A stretch of DNA of 64,000 bases from a bacterium (GCA_043771175.1 JAYVHO010000011.1:12352-76351), one strand, 5' to 3'. Shown: positions 19,803 to 28,329, counted from the stretch's first letter. The notes: a model not told the origin generated them from the sequence alone. Program-made: numbers and translations.

Positions 19803-20339
19803 CTAAACGTTCTTCTTACCTTGTTTACGTCTGATAATTTCTCCGTCGTAGTGAAATCCTTTACCTTTATATGGTTCTGGTTTCTTCAAAGAACGAATCA
19901 TTGCAGCAAATTGCCCAACGTGTTCTTTATTGATTCCGGTAACCGTTAAGGTATTTTTTTCATTAGAAGCAGTGATCCCTGCAGGAATTGGTACAGAAAC
20001 TGGGTGTGAAAACCCAAGTGCCATATCAACATTTTTTCCTACAACATTTACCTTATATCCAATTCCATCAAGGATAAGCTTTTTGGTATAACCCTTTGCA
20101 ACTCCTTCGATCATATTTCGAACCAAAGCGGCGTAAGTTCCCAACAAAGCGCGTCCAAATACGGTTTCTTTTACGAGGGTAAATACTACTCCTTCTTCAG
20201 TAATAGTAACAGCAACTTCTTTGTGAACAAATGCTTGCGCGAGTTCACCCAAAGCTCCTTTTACGGTGATGGTATTTCCATCAATTTTTGCAGTTACTCC
20301 AGCTGGAATAACCATAGGTTTTTTAGCAAGACGTGACAT
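19803..20339 (-). CDS. rplF: 50S ribosomal protein L6
   Basis: MSRLAKKPMVIPAGV start; KGKGFHYDGE motif. Confidence 0.94.
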   Translation of the reverse strand: MSRLAKKPMVIPAGVTAKIDGNTITVKGALGELAQAFVHKEVAVTITEEGVVFTLVKETVFGRALLGTYAALVRNMIEGVAKGYTKKLILDGIGYKVNVVGKNVDMALGFSHPVSVPIPAGITASNEKNTLTVTGINKEHVGQFAAMIRSLKKPEPYKGKGFHYDGEIIRRKQGKKNV

Positions 20340-20343
20340 ATAA

Positions 20344-20736
20344 TTACCAAATTTGGAATAATACTTCTCCTCCAACATGTTCTGCCCGTGCTTGTTCGCC
20401 GGTCATAATACCTTTTGGAGTAGAGAGGATCACACGACCATATCCTTCTTTTATTTTAACGATTTCTTTCACACCCGTATATAAACGGCGAGAAAGTTTT
20501 GACATACGAAGAACATCGTGAATCTTGTGATTCCCTCGTTCATCATATGATAGTGTTACCTCAAGAATATCTCCGCCTTTTTTACGACTTTTCTTGTCGT
20601 ATGCGCTTATGTATTGCGCATCAAGGAGGGCCTTCATGATATTTTTCATGTATAAGGTGTACGGGATTTGCACAGTTTCTTTCTTTGCAATTCCTCCATT
20701 CTTGAGTGTGATGATTGCGTTGGCAATTTTATCCAT
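20344..20736 (-). CDS. rpsH: 30S ribosomal protein S8
   Basis: DKIANAIITLKNG..GGEVL pattern. Confidence 0.95.
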   Translation of the reverse strand: MDKIANAIITLKNGGIAKKETVQIPYTLYMKNIMKALLDAQYISAYDKKSRKKGGDILEVTLSYDERGNHKIHDVLRMSKLSRRLYTGVKEIVKIKEGYGRVILSTPKGIMTGEQARAEHVGGEVLFQIW

Positions 20737-20759
20737 ACTCTAATTATTGGTCAAGGTGA

Positions 20760-20945
20760 TTACCAAGATGACTTTCTAACCCCAGGCAGCATTCCTTCGT
20801 TTGCGAGTTCGCGGAAACAAATGCGGCAAAGGTCAAAATCACGTAGGTATCCTCTTCCACGTCCACAACGGAAACATCGATTTTTCTCACGAGAAGAAAA
20901 CTTTTGTTTCTTGAGGGAACGTGCAACTACTGACGTTTTTGACAT
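20760..20945 (-). CDS. rpsZ: 30S ribosomal protein S14, zinc-type (type Z)
   Basis: 61 aa, CFRCGR..CRICFR Cys pairs. Confidence 0.93.
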   Translation of the reverse strand: MSKTSVVARSLKKQKFSSREKNRCFRCGRGRGYLRDFDLCRICFRELANEGMLPGVRKSSW

Positions 20946-20963
20946 ATTTATATGTGGAAAATA

Positions 20964-21185
20964 CTACCATTCCGTCATCCCGTTGTATAACGGGATCCAA
21001 GTTTTATAGCATTTTCTGTAAGCGACCGAGTCGTAGCGCAGCTGCGACTCATTTAAATTTATAACGAAGACGATATCTTCATGATGAATAATATATTGGC
21101 ATATGGCACAAAGGTTACCCTTTGAAAACTTGGTACATTCCAAGCATCTTTGTGAGATTCCGCATGTAAAGATATGAAGCTCCAT
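20964..21185 (-). CDS. Possible small Cys-rich (CxxC..CxxC) protein or leader ORF
   Basis: MELHIFTCGISQRCLECTKFSKGNLCAICQ..; consensus promoter upstream; last 12 codons lie in the hairpin repeat. Confidence 0.3.
   Translation of the reverse strand: MELHIFTCGISQRCLECTKFSKGNLCAICQYIIHHEDIVFVINLNESQLRYDSVAYRKCYKTWIPLYNGMTEW
20972..21001 (-). repeat. Intergenic hairpin repeat, consensus copy
   Basis: CCGTCATCCCGTT-GTAT-AACGGGATCCAAG; 26 nt upstream of rpsZ ATG. Confidence 0.85.
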
Positions 21186-21204
21186 GGATCCTTCTTCGTT
21201 TGTA

Positions 21205-21233
21205 ATAGTAACAAATATAAAGGTTTTTGTCAA
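21205..21233 (-). promoter_or_regulatory. Sigma70-type promoter for small ORF and rpsZ sub-operon
   Basis: Minus strand TTGACA-17 nt-TACTAT. Confidence 0.6.
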
Positions 21234-21381
21234 AACACCCTCAATTATTACCTGTGTTGGTATATATATTAAAATGACATACACCAAATTTCGGGAAGTA
21301 AGAAGAAGATAATCAGTGACGATATTTATAGCATATAAAAAAGCAAACGTGCTGTTTTACTTTTTTGTTACCTTATGAATA

Positions 21382-21390
21382 TGTTAAAAT
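21382..21390 (+). promoter_or_regulatory. Extended -10 box TGTTAAAAT
   Basis: 6 nt before ATG 21397. Confidence 0.45.
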
Positions 21391-21396
21391 AATTCT

Positions 21397-22128
21397 ATGA
21401 AACCTCACCATAAAGAAAACACTATTTATACACTACTTCTGGTTGTAGTGCTGGGAATTATTGCGATATTTGCGGTCAATGCTGCCAAAGGACTTGATAG
21501 TATGCAACCACAAACACCAAAAGTATCTATCTCAACAACGTATCCTGAAATTATATCCAGCCCTCTTGCTGCACTCAATATTAACGAGTCAGACCTTACT
21601 GCTTGTACATCTGATCCTGCCACTTCAGATATTATTGACACTGACATATCAGAAGCTGGAGCCACGGGAACTCCACTGTTTTATATTTATTCTGACAAAA
21701 TTGCGTACAAAATTGTAGGAGCTATTCCAGCAGAAATGTTTACGGGCCTATTATCTGCAATTGAACAAGGACAAGACCTTCCCATTCCAGAAGATTCAAA
21801 AGACAACTTCCAAAAAGTTACATTTGATGACACTAATACATTTATTAAACAAAATGAAACTGACACACCACTACGAGTTGATTTAAAAACTCCAACAGTT
21901 ACTATTGTTGAATATGGTGATTTATCTTGCCCTGCGTGTAAGTATGCTCACTCAGAGCTTAAAAAAACATTAACTGACTCACCCAAAACACAATTTATAT
22001 TCCGCCATCATCCACTAACCAGTCTTCATGAATTTGCATACGATCAAGCAAAAGTTGCGATATGTTTGCAAAAAATCGCTGGACCAAAAATCTATTGGGA
22101 CTTTGTTGATCTTTCTTATAGAGAATAA
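21397..22128 (+). CDS. Membrane-anchored DsbA/thioredoxin-like protein, apparently permuted
   Basis: TM anchor; VEYGDLSCPACKY CxxC segment lies after a GATGTPLFYI..GAIPAEMF segment that normally ends the domain. Confidence 0.8.
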   Translation: MKPHHKENTIYTLLLVVVLGIIAIFAVNAAKGLDSMQPQTPKVSISTTYPEIISSPLAALNINESDLTACTSDPATSDIIDTDISEAGATGTPLFYIYSDKIAYKIVGAIPAEMFTGLLSAIEQGQDLPIPEDSKDNFQKVTFDDTNTFIKQNETDTPLRVDLKTPTVTIVEYGDLSCPACKYAHSELKKTLTDSPKTQFIFRHHPLTSLHEFAYDQAKVAICLQKIAGPKIYWDFVDLSYRE

Positions 22129-22143
22129 GTTTGCATTTATTTT

Positions 22144-22168
22144 AAAAACACCCTTTCGGGTGTTTTTA
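22144..22168. terminator. Bidirectional intrinsic terminator
   Basis: AAAAACACCC-TTTC-GGGTGTTTTTA. Confidence 0.7.
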
Positions 22169-22174
22169 AATTCG

Positions 22175-22207
22175 CCTGGATCCTGTTATTCAACAGGATG
22201 ACGGGCA
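22175..22207 (+). repeat. Intergenic hairpin repeat
   Basis: CCTGGATCCTGTT-ATTC-AACAGGATGACGGGCA (stem C>T with compensating G>A). Confidence 0.85.
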
Positions 22208-22221
22208 AGCAAGAAATCGAA

Positions 22222-22794
22222 TTACTTCTTTTTCTTGGTTGTTTCTTCTTCTTTCTTGAACGGGAATCCAAGATAGGTAAAGAATGCGATTGCTTCTGCT
22301 TTATTTTTTGCTGATGAAACAATGGTGATTGACATACCAAAGATATTAACAAGATCTTCTTCAGAACATTCTGGGAACACATTGTTTTCTTTGAGTCCTA
22401 CCGTCATGTTCCCCATTTTATCTACCGTAGAGGTTGAAATCCCACGGAAATCTTTTGTTCGAGGGAAAGAAATGTGAACAAGTTTATCAAAAAACGAATT
22501 CATTGATTCTCCACGAAGGGTTACTGCATAACCAACTGCATCACCTTGACGAAGTTTAAACCCAGCGATTGATTTTTTAGCAAGACGCTTGGTTGGCTTT
22601 TGTCCAGTAATTTTTGCAAGTCGATCATCTACAATGGTGTGAATTTGTGGATAGGTTCTTCCACGTCGTCCAGTTCCTACATTGATTACAATCTTTTCAA
22701 GCTTTGGGGCTTGCATAACATTTTTGTAACCTTGTGTATCTTTTAAAGCAACAAATGCTTCTTTAACTCTTTGTTTTGTTTGTGTGATTGCCAT
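22222..22794 (-). CDS. rplE: 50S ribosomal protein L5
   Basis: L5 core with Lys/Glu C-terminal tail; operon position. Confidence 0.95.
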   Translation of the reverse strand: MAITQTKQRVKEAFVALKDTQGYKNVMQAPKLEKIVINVGTGRRGRTYPQIHTIVDDRLAKITGQKPTKRLAKKSIAGFKLRQGDAVGYAVTLRGESMNSFFDKLVHISFPRTKDFRGISTSTVDKMGNMTVGLKENNVFPECSEEDLVNIFGMSITIVSSAKNKAEAIAFFTYLGFPFKKEEETTKKKK

Positions 22795-22799
22795 ACAGA

Positions 22800-23108
22800 T
22801 TATTTAAGAGCTGATCCAGAAGCTTTAGTAACACGAACTTTTTTTCCGTCTTGTACGGCGTAAGAAATTCTTGTTGGCTTATCTGTTTTTGGATCTTTGA
22901 TCATTACATTTGATATGTGAAGAGAACCTTCAACCTTGCGGAGTTCTCCTTTTTCTCCTTCTGCTTTTCCTTTAAAAGCTTTTGTTTTGAGATTTAATCC
23001 TCCAACAATAACTCTTGAATCAGCAATGAGTACCTTAGTCACAATTCCGCTTTTTCCTTTTTCTGATCCAGTAGTTACAACTACTGAATCTCCTTTTTTG
23101 ATCTTCAT
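22800..23108 (-). CDS. rplX: 50S ribosomal protein L24
   Basis: MKIKKGDSVVVTTGSEKGKSG KOW motif. Confidence 0.94.
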   Translation of the reverse strand: MKIKKGDSVVVTTGSEKGKSGIVTKVLIADSRVIVGGLNLKTKAFKGKAEGEKGELRKVEGSLHISNVMIKDPKTDKPTRISYAVQDGKKVRVTKASGSALK

Positions 23109-23123
23109 ATAATTATATTAAGA

Positions 23124-23492
23124 TTAGAGTACTTCAGGGGCCAAAGACGCGATCTTTTGAAAACCACGTTCTTGTATTTCCCTTGGAATTGGACCGAAGA
23201 TACGACCACCTATCGGTTCATTCTTTTTATCGATAATTACCACAGCGTTTTCATCAAAACGGATGTATGAACCATCTGCTCTGCGGTATGCATTTTTAAT
23301 GCGAACAATTACTCCACGAGTAACTTGCTTTTTCTTTACGGTCTTTCGAGGTTCTGCTGACTTAATAGAAAGTACAACAATGTCTCCAAGTGATGCGTAT
23401 CGTCTTTTTGATCCTCCAAGAACTTTAAAAACTTTTCCAAGCTTTGCTCCTGAGTTATCTGCGATCATTACGTTTGTTCCAGCTTGAATCAT
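23124..23492 (-). CDS. rplN: 50S ribosomal protein L14
   Basis: [17 protein letters not shown] start, 122 aa. Confidence 0.96.
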   Translation of the reverse strand: MIQAGTNVMIADNSGAKLGKVFKVLGGSKRRYASLGDIVVLSIKSAEPRKTVKKKQVTRGVIVRIKNAYRRADGSYIRFDENAVVIIDKKNEPIGGRIFGPIPREIQERGFQKIASLAPEVL

Positions 23493-23494
23493 AA

Positions 23495-23740
23495 TTACAC
23501 TTTTCCAATTACCACAAATGACTTATCTTTTGAAATTGGGCGAGATTCTTGAATAGAAACTTTATCTCCAACTTCGTAAGTATTTGCTTCATCGTGAGCT
23601 TTAAACTTTTTCGACTTTTTAAAGTATTTTTTATACTTTTCATGTTTTACGAATCGCTCAACTAAAACTACTACAGTTTTGTCCATCTTGTCAGAAACTA
23701 CAGTGCCTTTGAGGACTCGCTTTCCGAGTGAAGTGTCCAT
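23495..23740 (-). CDS. rpsQ: 30S ribosomal protein S17
   Basis: [23 protein letters not shown]; start ATG 23740. Confidence 0.93.
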   Translation of the reverse strand: MDTSLGKRVLKGTVVSDKMDKTVVVLVERFVKHEKYKKYFKKSKKFKAHDEANTYEVGDKVSIQESRPISKDKSFVVIGKV

Positions 23741-23741
23741 A

Positions 23742-23903
23742 TTATTTATTGAGCAAAGTAAAATGTTGCGCAATAGATTTCTTCAAAACTCGCGTTTGCT
23801 TGGCTTTTGTTAAAGCGTCTGCAAATGATGTGCGAATTTTTGCAAGTTCAATCTTTTTTGCGTTAAATTCTTCTTTGGTTAGGGTTACAATTTCTTTTTT
23901 CAT
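23742..23903 (-). CDS. rpmC: 50S ribosomal protein L29
   Basis: 53-aa ORF missing from the track ([24 protein letters not shown]..) between rplP and rpsQ. Confidence 0.85.
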   Translation of the reverse strand: MKKEIVTLTKEEFNAKKIELAKIRTSFADALTKAKQTRVLKKSIAQHFTLLNK

Positions 23904-23907
23904 AAAA

Positions 23908-24333
23908 TTACATATCAGTAGATGACACGATTTTGACAGTTACTGGTAGTTTTGTTCCGGCTTTACGAAGAGCTTCTTTGGCGATTGCTGGAGTAACATT
24001 AGCTACTTCAAACAAAATTCGTCCTGGAAGTACTTCAAAACAATATCCTTCTGGGTTTCCTTTTCCTTTACCCATACCTACTTGGTCTGCTTTTTTGGTA
24101 ACAGGACGGTCTGGGAACACGCGGATCCAATAACGTCCAGTTTTTCCAATGGTTCGAGAAACTACTTTACGTGCAGACTCTATCTGGTTAGACATAATTC
24201 TTGCAGATGAAGTAGCTTTCAACCCAAAGTCTCCAAATTGTAGATCAATACCTCTGGTATCTACTACTTCTTTGTTAGCATTTCTTCTACTAACTTGCCA
24301 TCTTCGGTGTTTTACTTTTTTTGGAAATAACAT
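23908..24333 (-). CDS. rplP: 50S ribosomal protein L16
   Basis: MLFPKKVKHRR start; GKGNPEGY motif. Confidence 0.95.
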   Translation of the reverse strand: MLFPKKVKHRRWQVSRRNANKEVVDTRGIDLQFGDFGLKATSSARIMSNQIESARKVVSRTIGKTGRYWIRVFPDRPVTKKADQVGMGKGKGNPEGYCFEVLPGRILFEVANVTPAIAKEALRKAGTKLPVTVKIVSSTDM

Positions 24334-24338
24334 ACAAA

Positions 24339-25034
24339 TTAAGCGTTTTTATTGTTAGCAGGAGCAGCTGAGATAGTGTTTACTAAAGAATCTCCTTTAT
24401 AAATCCATACCTTAATTCCAATTACACCGTAGCTAAGATTTGCTCTTTCTCTTGAAAAATCAATATCAGCGCGGATAAACTGAAGCGGAATAGATCCTTT
24501 GTGAATTTCTTCAACACGGGCCATATCAGAACCACCAAGTCGACCTGATAATACAATACGAACTCCCTTAACTCCACGTGCCTGCATAACTTTTTCAGTC
24601 ATTTGCTTCATAACACGACGGAAGGTCATTCTCTTTTCAAGCATTTCTGCAATTGTTTGTCCAACAATAGCAGCATCTGCTTCAGGGTTTCCAACTTCAA
24701 GAATATCTAAAACGATCTCTTGTGGTTGTGGAAGCTTTTTTTTGCGGATGAATGTAGCAATGTCCTGACGGAGCTTTGTTACACCATCGCCTGATCGTCC
24801 AATTACCATTCCAGGTCTACCAGTTCTAATGATAAGTTTGGTTTGTTTTTGTGAACGTTCAAATTCAAGTGATGAAACTTGCATACCTTTCATTCTCTTT
24901 TGGAGAAATTCACGTACCAATACATCAATTTTAAGGAGTCTTGTGTACTCTTTTCTATCTTGTCCAAACCATCGTGATTTCCAATCGCGAAGTTCAACAA
25001 GTCGGTGAGCGTAGGGGTGAACAGAATGTGACAT
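24339..25034 (-). CDS. rpsC: 30S ribosomal protein S3
   Basis: HPYAHRL..KH domain..GRLGG pattern. Confidence 0.95.
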   Translation of the reverse strand: MSHSVHPYAHRLVELRDWKSRWFGQDRKEYTRLLKIDVLVREFLQKRMKGMQVSSLEFERSQKQTKLIIRTGRPGMVIGRSGDGVTKLRQDIATFIRKKKLPQPQEIVLDILEVGNPEADAAIVGQTIAEMLEKRMTFRRVMKQMTEKVMQARGVKGVRIVLSGRLGGSDMARVEEIHKGSIPLQFIRADIDFSRERANLSYGVIGIKVWIYKGDSLVNTISAAPANNKNA

Positions 25035-25039
25035 ACAAA

Positions 25040-25369
25040 TTATGCTTTAATTCCCAACTCAATCGCAATTTGAGAGGTTCTCTTGTTAATGCGTGAACCA
25101 CGACCAAACGCGCGTGCGCGCATTCGTTTAAGGGTAGGACCCTTATCTACGGTGATAGTTTTTACCACCAATTGATCAGCAGATACTTTGAAGTTATTCA
25201 GAGCGTTTGCTACAGCAGAATCAAGAAGTTTTTCAAGTGGCAATGCCGCTCGTTTAATTACTTGACGAAGTACAATTTTTGCTTGTTCCGTACTTTTACC
25301 TCTGATGGCATCGGCTACGAGGCGCACCTTACGAGGAGATTGACGGTAATTTGTGAGATAAGCTTTCAT
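25040..25369 (-). CDS. rplV: 50S ribosomal protein L22
   Basis: SPRKVRLVADAIRGK motif. Confidence 0.94.
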   Translation of the reverse strand: MKAYLTNYRQSPRKVRLVADAIRGKSTEQAKIVLRQVIKRAALPLEKLLDSAVANALNNFKVSADQLVVKTITVDKGPTLKRMRARAFGRGSRINKRTSQIAIELGIKA

Positions 25370-25371
25370 AC

Positions 25372-25728
25372 TTATTTCTTAGCGGGAGCCTTTGCAGGTC
25401 CTGCTGAAGCCTTAGCTGCTTTTGCTGCAGAAATTTCTGCTTCCTTTCTCTTTTGATCAAGTTCCTTTTGCATTTTTCCTCCGTGACGATGGAACGTTCG
25501 AGTTGGAGAAAATTCTCCAAGACGGTGTCCAATCATATCTTCAGAAACAAGCACAGAAATGTGCTTCTTTCCGTTGTGAACGGCAAAGGTGAACCCAACC
25601 ATCTCAGGAGAAATCTGAGAGGCGCGCGCCCACGTTTTGATGGGTGCGGTGTCCGCTGGCTTACGTCCTACAATCTTTTTGATGAGGCGTTCGTCAACGT
25701 ATGGACCTTTCTTTGTTGATCGTGACAT
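25372..25728 (-). CDS. rpsS: 30S ribosomal protein S19 with Ala/Lys-rich C-terminal tail
   Basis: [28 protein letters not shown]. Confidence 0.95.
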   Translation of the reverse strand: MSRSTKKGPYVDERLIKKIVGRKPADTAPIKTWARASQISPEMVGFTFAVHNGKKHISVLVSEDMIGHRLGEFSPTRTFHRHGGKMQKELDQKRKEAEISAAKAAKASAGPAKAPAKK

Positions 25729-25737
25729 ATGTTGTGT

Positions 25738-25781
25738 GGTTTGTTGTGTAATAGGATGTAAAAGATGCCTTACAACAAACC
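25738..25781 (-). promoter_or_regulatory. Leader hairpin 9 nt upstream of rpsS start
   Basis: GGTTTGTTGT..22-nt loop..ACAACAAACC (10 bp perfect plus extension). Confidence 0.4.
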
Positions 25782-25855
25782 GGTAAAATCTAATTTATAA
25801 TTTGCCAAGAGACACATTGTGCAACCTTACAGGAGTAGGGTTTACTGGCTTATGA

Positions 25856-25884
25856 ATGATACCTAAAAATTCCCGTAAAGTCAA
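25856..25884 (-). promoter_or_regulatory. Sigma70-type promoter of the rpsS operon
   Basis: Minus strand TTGACT-17 nt-TATCAT, about 125 nt before rpsS ATG. Confidence 0.6.
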
Positions 25885-25922
25885 TAAAAAAGCCCCCATT
25901 CGTAATTTGAATGGGGGCTTTT
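25884..25922. terminator. Bidirectional intrinsic terminator
   Basis: AAAAAAGCCCCCATT-9 nt-AATGGGGGCTTTT. Confidence 0.8.
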
Positions 25923-25941
25923 GGGGTTCATTTTGGCGAGG

Positions 25942-26535
25942 TTAGAGTTTTTGAAGCTCTATCTGCAATTTAGGCACCTGAATCATCAAGTTATCCATGT
26001 GACCTTTTACAAAAGATTCACACTGATAATTATTAATGCAGTACCAAACAGAGATAAACTCAAGACCCGATGCTTCTGTTGGGATCGCACCACTACCCTG
26101 GTTTTTCATCTCTTCTTCTCTTGCAAGCCAAAAACTTGCTTTGTTGGTCCAAATGCCGAAAACGTCACCTAAATAAATTTTATCAAGGGTGACCTCTTCA
26201 CCTTTTTTGGTACGGTTGTAGCCATGTTCACAACGACCAGCGTTGTTGAGCGTATTACTCATTAAATTAAGAAGTTTCAAAATATTTTCATATTTTTTAA
26301 TGTCCTTTTTTGTTTTGAAATACGTAATCGCTTCAGGTATCATGTTTATGTCCTGCCACTTACTGGTGAACTTAAACAAATACCAAATGGCGTAAATGTG
26401 ATTCTTTGCAGACGCAACATCTACAAAAAGTGTTTCAGCTTCTTTTGCAAAATTTCTAAGTTTGTCAGCATACATGCTGTTGAAGTTTTTTGTAAAAAAA
26501 AAGTCACTCACACCTGCAAAAGTTAAGTTTTTCAT
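25942..26535 (-). CDS. Hypothetical protein (197 aa)
   Basis: Intact ORF with consensus promoter and terminator; no domain recognised. Confidence 0.6.
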   Translation of the reverse strand: MKNLTFAGVSDFFFTKNFNSMYADKLRNFAKEAETLFVDVASAKNHIYAIWYLFKFTSKWQDINMIPEAITYFKTKKDIKKYENILKLLNLMSNTLNNAGRCEHGYNRTKKGEEVTLDKIYLGDVFGIWTNKASFWLAREEEMKNQGSGAIPTEASGLEFISVWYCINNYQCESFVKGHMDNLMIQVPKLQIELQKL

Positions 26536-26585
26536 TTTTTAAAGTGCCTTTTACAGCACGTCTAAATTGTTAAGTTATTATATAT

Positions 26586-26613
26586 ATTATAGCATATTTA
26601 ATAAATATGTCAA
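26586..26613 (-). promoter_or_regulatory. Near-consensus promoter for 25942..26535
   Basis: Minus strand TTGACA-16 nt-TGCTATAAT. Confidence 0.65.
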
Positions 26614-26614
26614 T

Positions 26615-28273
26615 TTAACCCAATTCTTTATAGTTTTGTGCTAAATCTAATAATTCTTCTGGTATTTTTGAGGTTACCAGAACATGTTCCCCTGTTTGAA
26701 TAAACAAATCTATATTTTGGGTTACTGGGGTGTGGTGACTTTGGGTTAAAATTTGTGCATCCTTAATTTTTTTTGAGAAAGAAATAATATCATCGTACCC
26801 AAGAGATGGCATGAGTTTTTCATATTCCTTAATTGTTGCTTGAATACTTTCAATATTTTTGTTGGTTTGAACTAAATTATTGTATTCAGATTCCAATAGC
26901 CCCTTCAATCTTAGATCTTCTATGTCTTTATCTTCTGATGTAAATCCACTCCACGCCCATTTGCTTACCGTTTGCTTTTGTGAATTTACTGAAATACTAT
27001 TTTGAAGCTCTTCTATTGTTAGAGTAACACGCTGCAAATCTTGTCGCTTTGTTTGCAGTTGTGAATTTACTGAATCAAATATAATGTATGGCTCACCTGA
27101 CCCCATGTGTATATATCCCGTGATTTCATTATTGATGCTTGGCTTTCGTGCCTCATATGAAGTTTTGAAAAATTCTAATGCTTTACTATCTTTATTCCAT
27201 GTTTCTTGGTGCCGCAGTATATCAAGTGGATTGCGTGGAATTCTTTGGACACCGTGTTCTGTTATATATTCATTTATTTTTCTTCTTATTTTTTGTTTGT
27301 TTTGTTCTTTTTCAAACTGATTGATTAAAAAGTTTTGTTTTGCTTCATTATTTTTGTCTGAATACTCATTATTCAAATTTTCTGCACCATCTATCTTTTT
27401 ATAGTAATCTGAAATCATAATCTTTACACTATTTTGTAGTGCTTGAGTTAATGCTTTATCTGCAATTTCTTTACCATAAGTATTGGTAATTTCATTAAAA
27501 TTACTTGGAATTAAATTAACCTGCTGAATATTTTCAATATTCCCATTCTTGATGTCATACCACATATTACCAATCATGATTTTTTCTCGTTCTGCTTTTT
27601 GATGATTATATCTTCCCACATTTTGTTCTAGAGTTTCTGGTGAATAATGCATTACGGGCAAAGCATTTTGAAACTGAATAGTGAGAGCCTCAAGAAGTTC
27701 TTCATGTTCATTTTTCTGAGTTATTTCTTCTATAATCTTCGGAATTTCAAGATGTATATTACCTGTAGTAAGATGATCAATCTCAATTTTAAGTGCGGTT
27801 ATTTCTTGATCAAGCATGAGAACTTCCTGTTCAAGTGTTTCAATTTCAGTATTTTTACGTCCTGATTCTTGGTTGAGCTTTTCAATTTCTTCAAAAATTT
27901 CAATAAAGTCTGTGCTGTTTTGAATATCTTGATTGGTTATGGTGGTATCTTTTATTTTTATTTGTTTAATATCACCTTGTATTTCTAAATGTATTTGATT
28001 AAGCATTTCGTCTATGGTTGTTTTTTCCTCTTGCAAGACTTCTCTTTCTTTATTTTTTTGTTCAATACTTGCTTGTTTTTCTACTACCGCACGATTTTTA
28101 TCTTCAATTTTTTTTATGATATCTTTTACTTTCGTTTGATTTTCTGCCGATTCCTTTTGAATTCTTTCTTGTACGTTTGCATCAACTTTTTGGTGTGCTT
28201 CTTTTCGTAATCGTTGAATTTTTTCAAATGAAGTTTCAGCAATATTATTTTCCTGAGCATTGTGTTGATCCAT
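26615..28273 (-). CDS. Hypothetical coiled-coil protein (552 aa)
   Basis: N-terminal ~190 aa K/E/Q-rich heptad-like, then globular C-terminal part; no domain recognised. Confidence 0.65.
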   Translation of the reverse strand: MDQHNAQENNIAETSFEKIQRLRKEAHQKVDANVQERIQKESAENQTKVKDIIKKIEDKNRAVVEKQASIEQKNKEREVLQEEKTTIDEMLNQIHLEIQGDIKQIKIKDTTITNQDIQNSTDFIEIFEEIEKLNQESGRKNTEIETLEQEVLMLDQEITALKIEIDHLTTGNIHLEIPKIIEEITQKNEHEELLEALTIQFQNALPVMHYSPETLEQNVGRYNHQKAEREKIMIGNMWYDIKNGNIENIQQVNLIPSNFNEITNTYGKEIADKALTQALQNSVKIMISDYYKKIDGAENLNNEYSDKNNEAKQNFLINQFEKEQNKQKIRRKINEYITEHGVQRIPRNPLDILRHQETWNKDSKALEFFKTSYEARKPSINNEITGYIHMGSGEPYIIFDSVNSQLQTKRQDLQRVTLTIEELQNSISVNSQKQTVSKWAWSGFTSEDKDIEDLRLKGLLESEYNNLVQTNKNIESIQATIKEYEKLMPSLGYDDIISFSKKIKDAQILTQSHHTPVTQNIDLFIQTGEHVLVTSKIPEELLDLAQNYKELG

Positions 28274-28281
28274 ATTTTATC

Positions 28282-28287
28282 ATTATA
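28282..28287 (-). promoter_or_regulatory. -10 box TATAAT, leaderless spacing
   Basis: 8 nt before ATG 28273. Confidence 0.45.
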
Positions 28288-28329
28288 TCTTATTTTGTAG
28301 TATAAAAAAATCCACCTCTTAAGGTAGAT

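Noticed and set aside
21018-21045. Hairpin GAGTCG..CGACTC as the missing partner of repeat copy 20972..21001
   Set aside because: It shares only the property of being a hairpin and has no GGAT/ATGAC flanks, so it is not counted as a family member.
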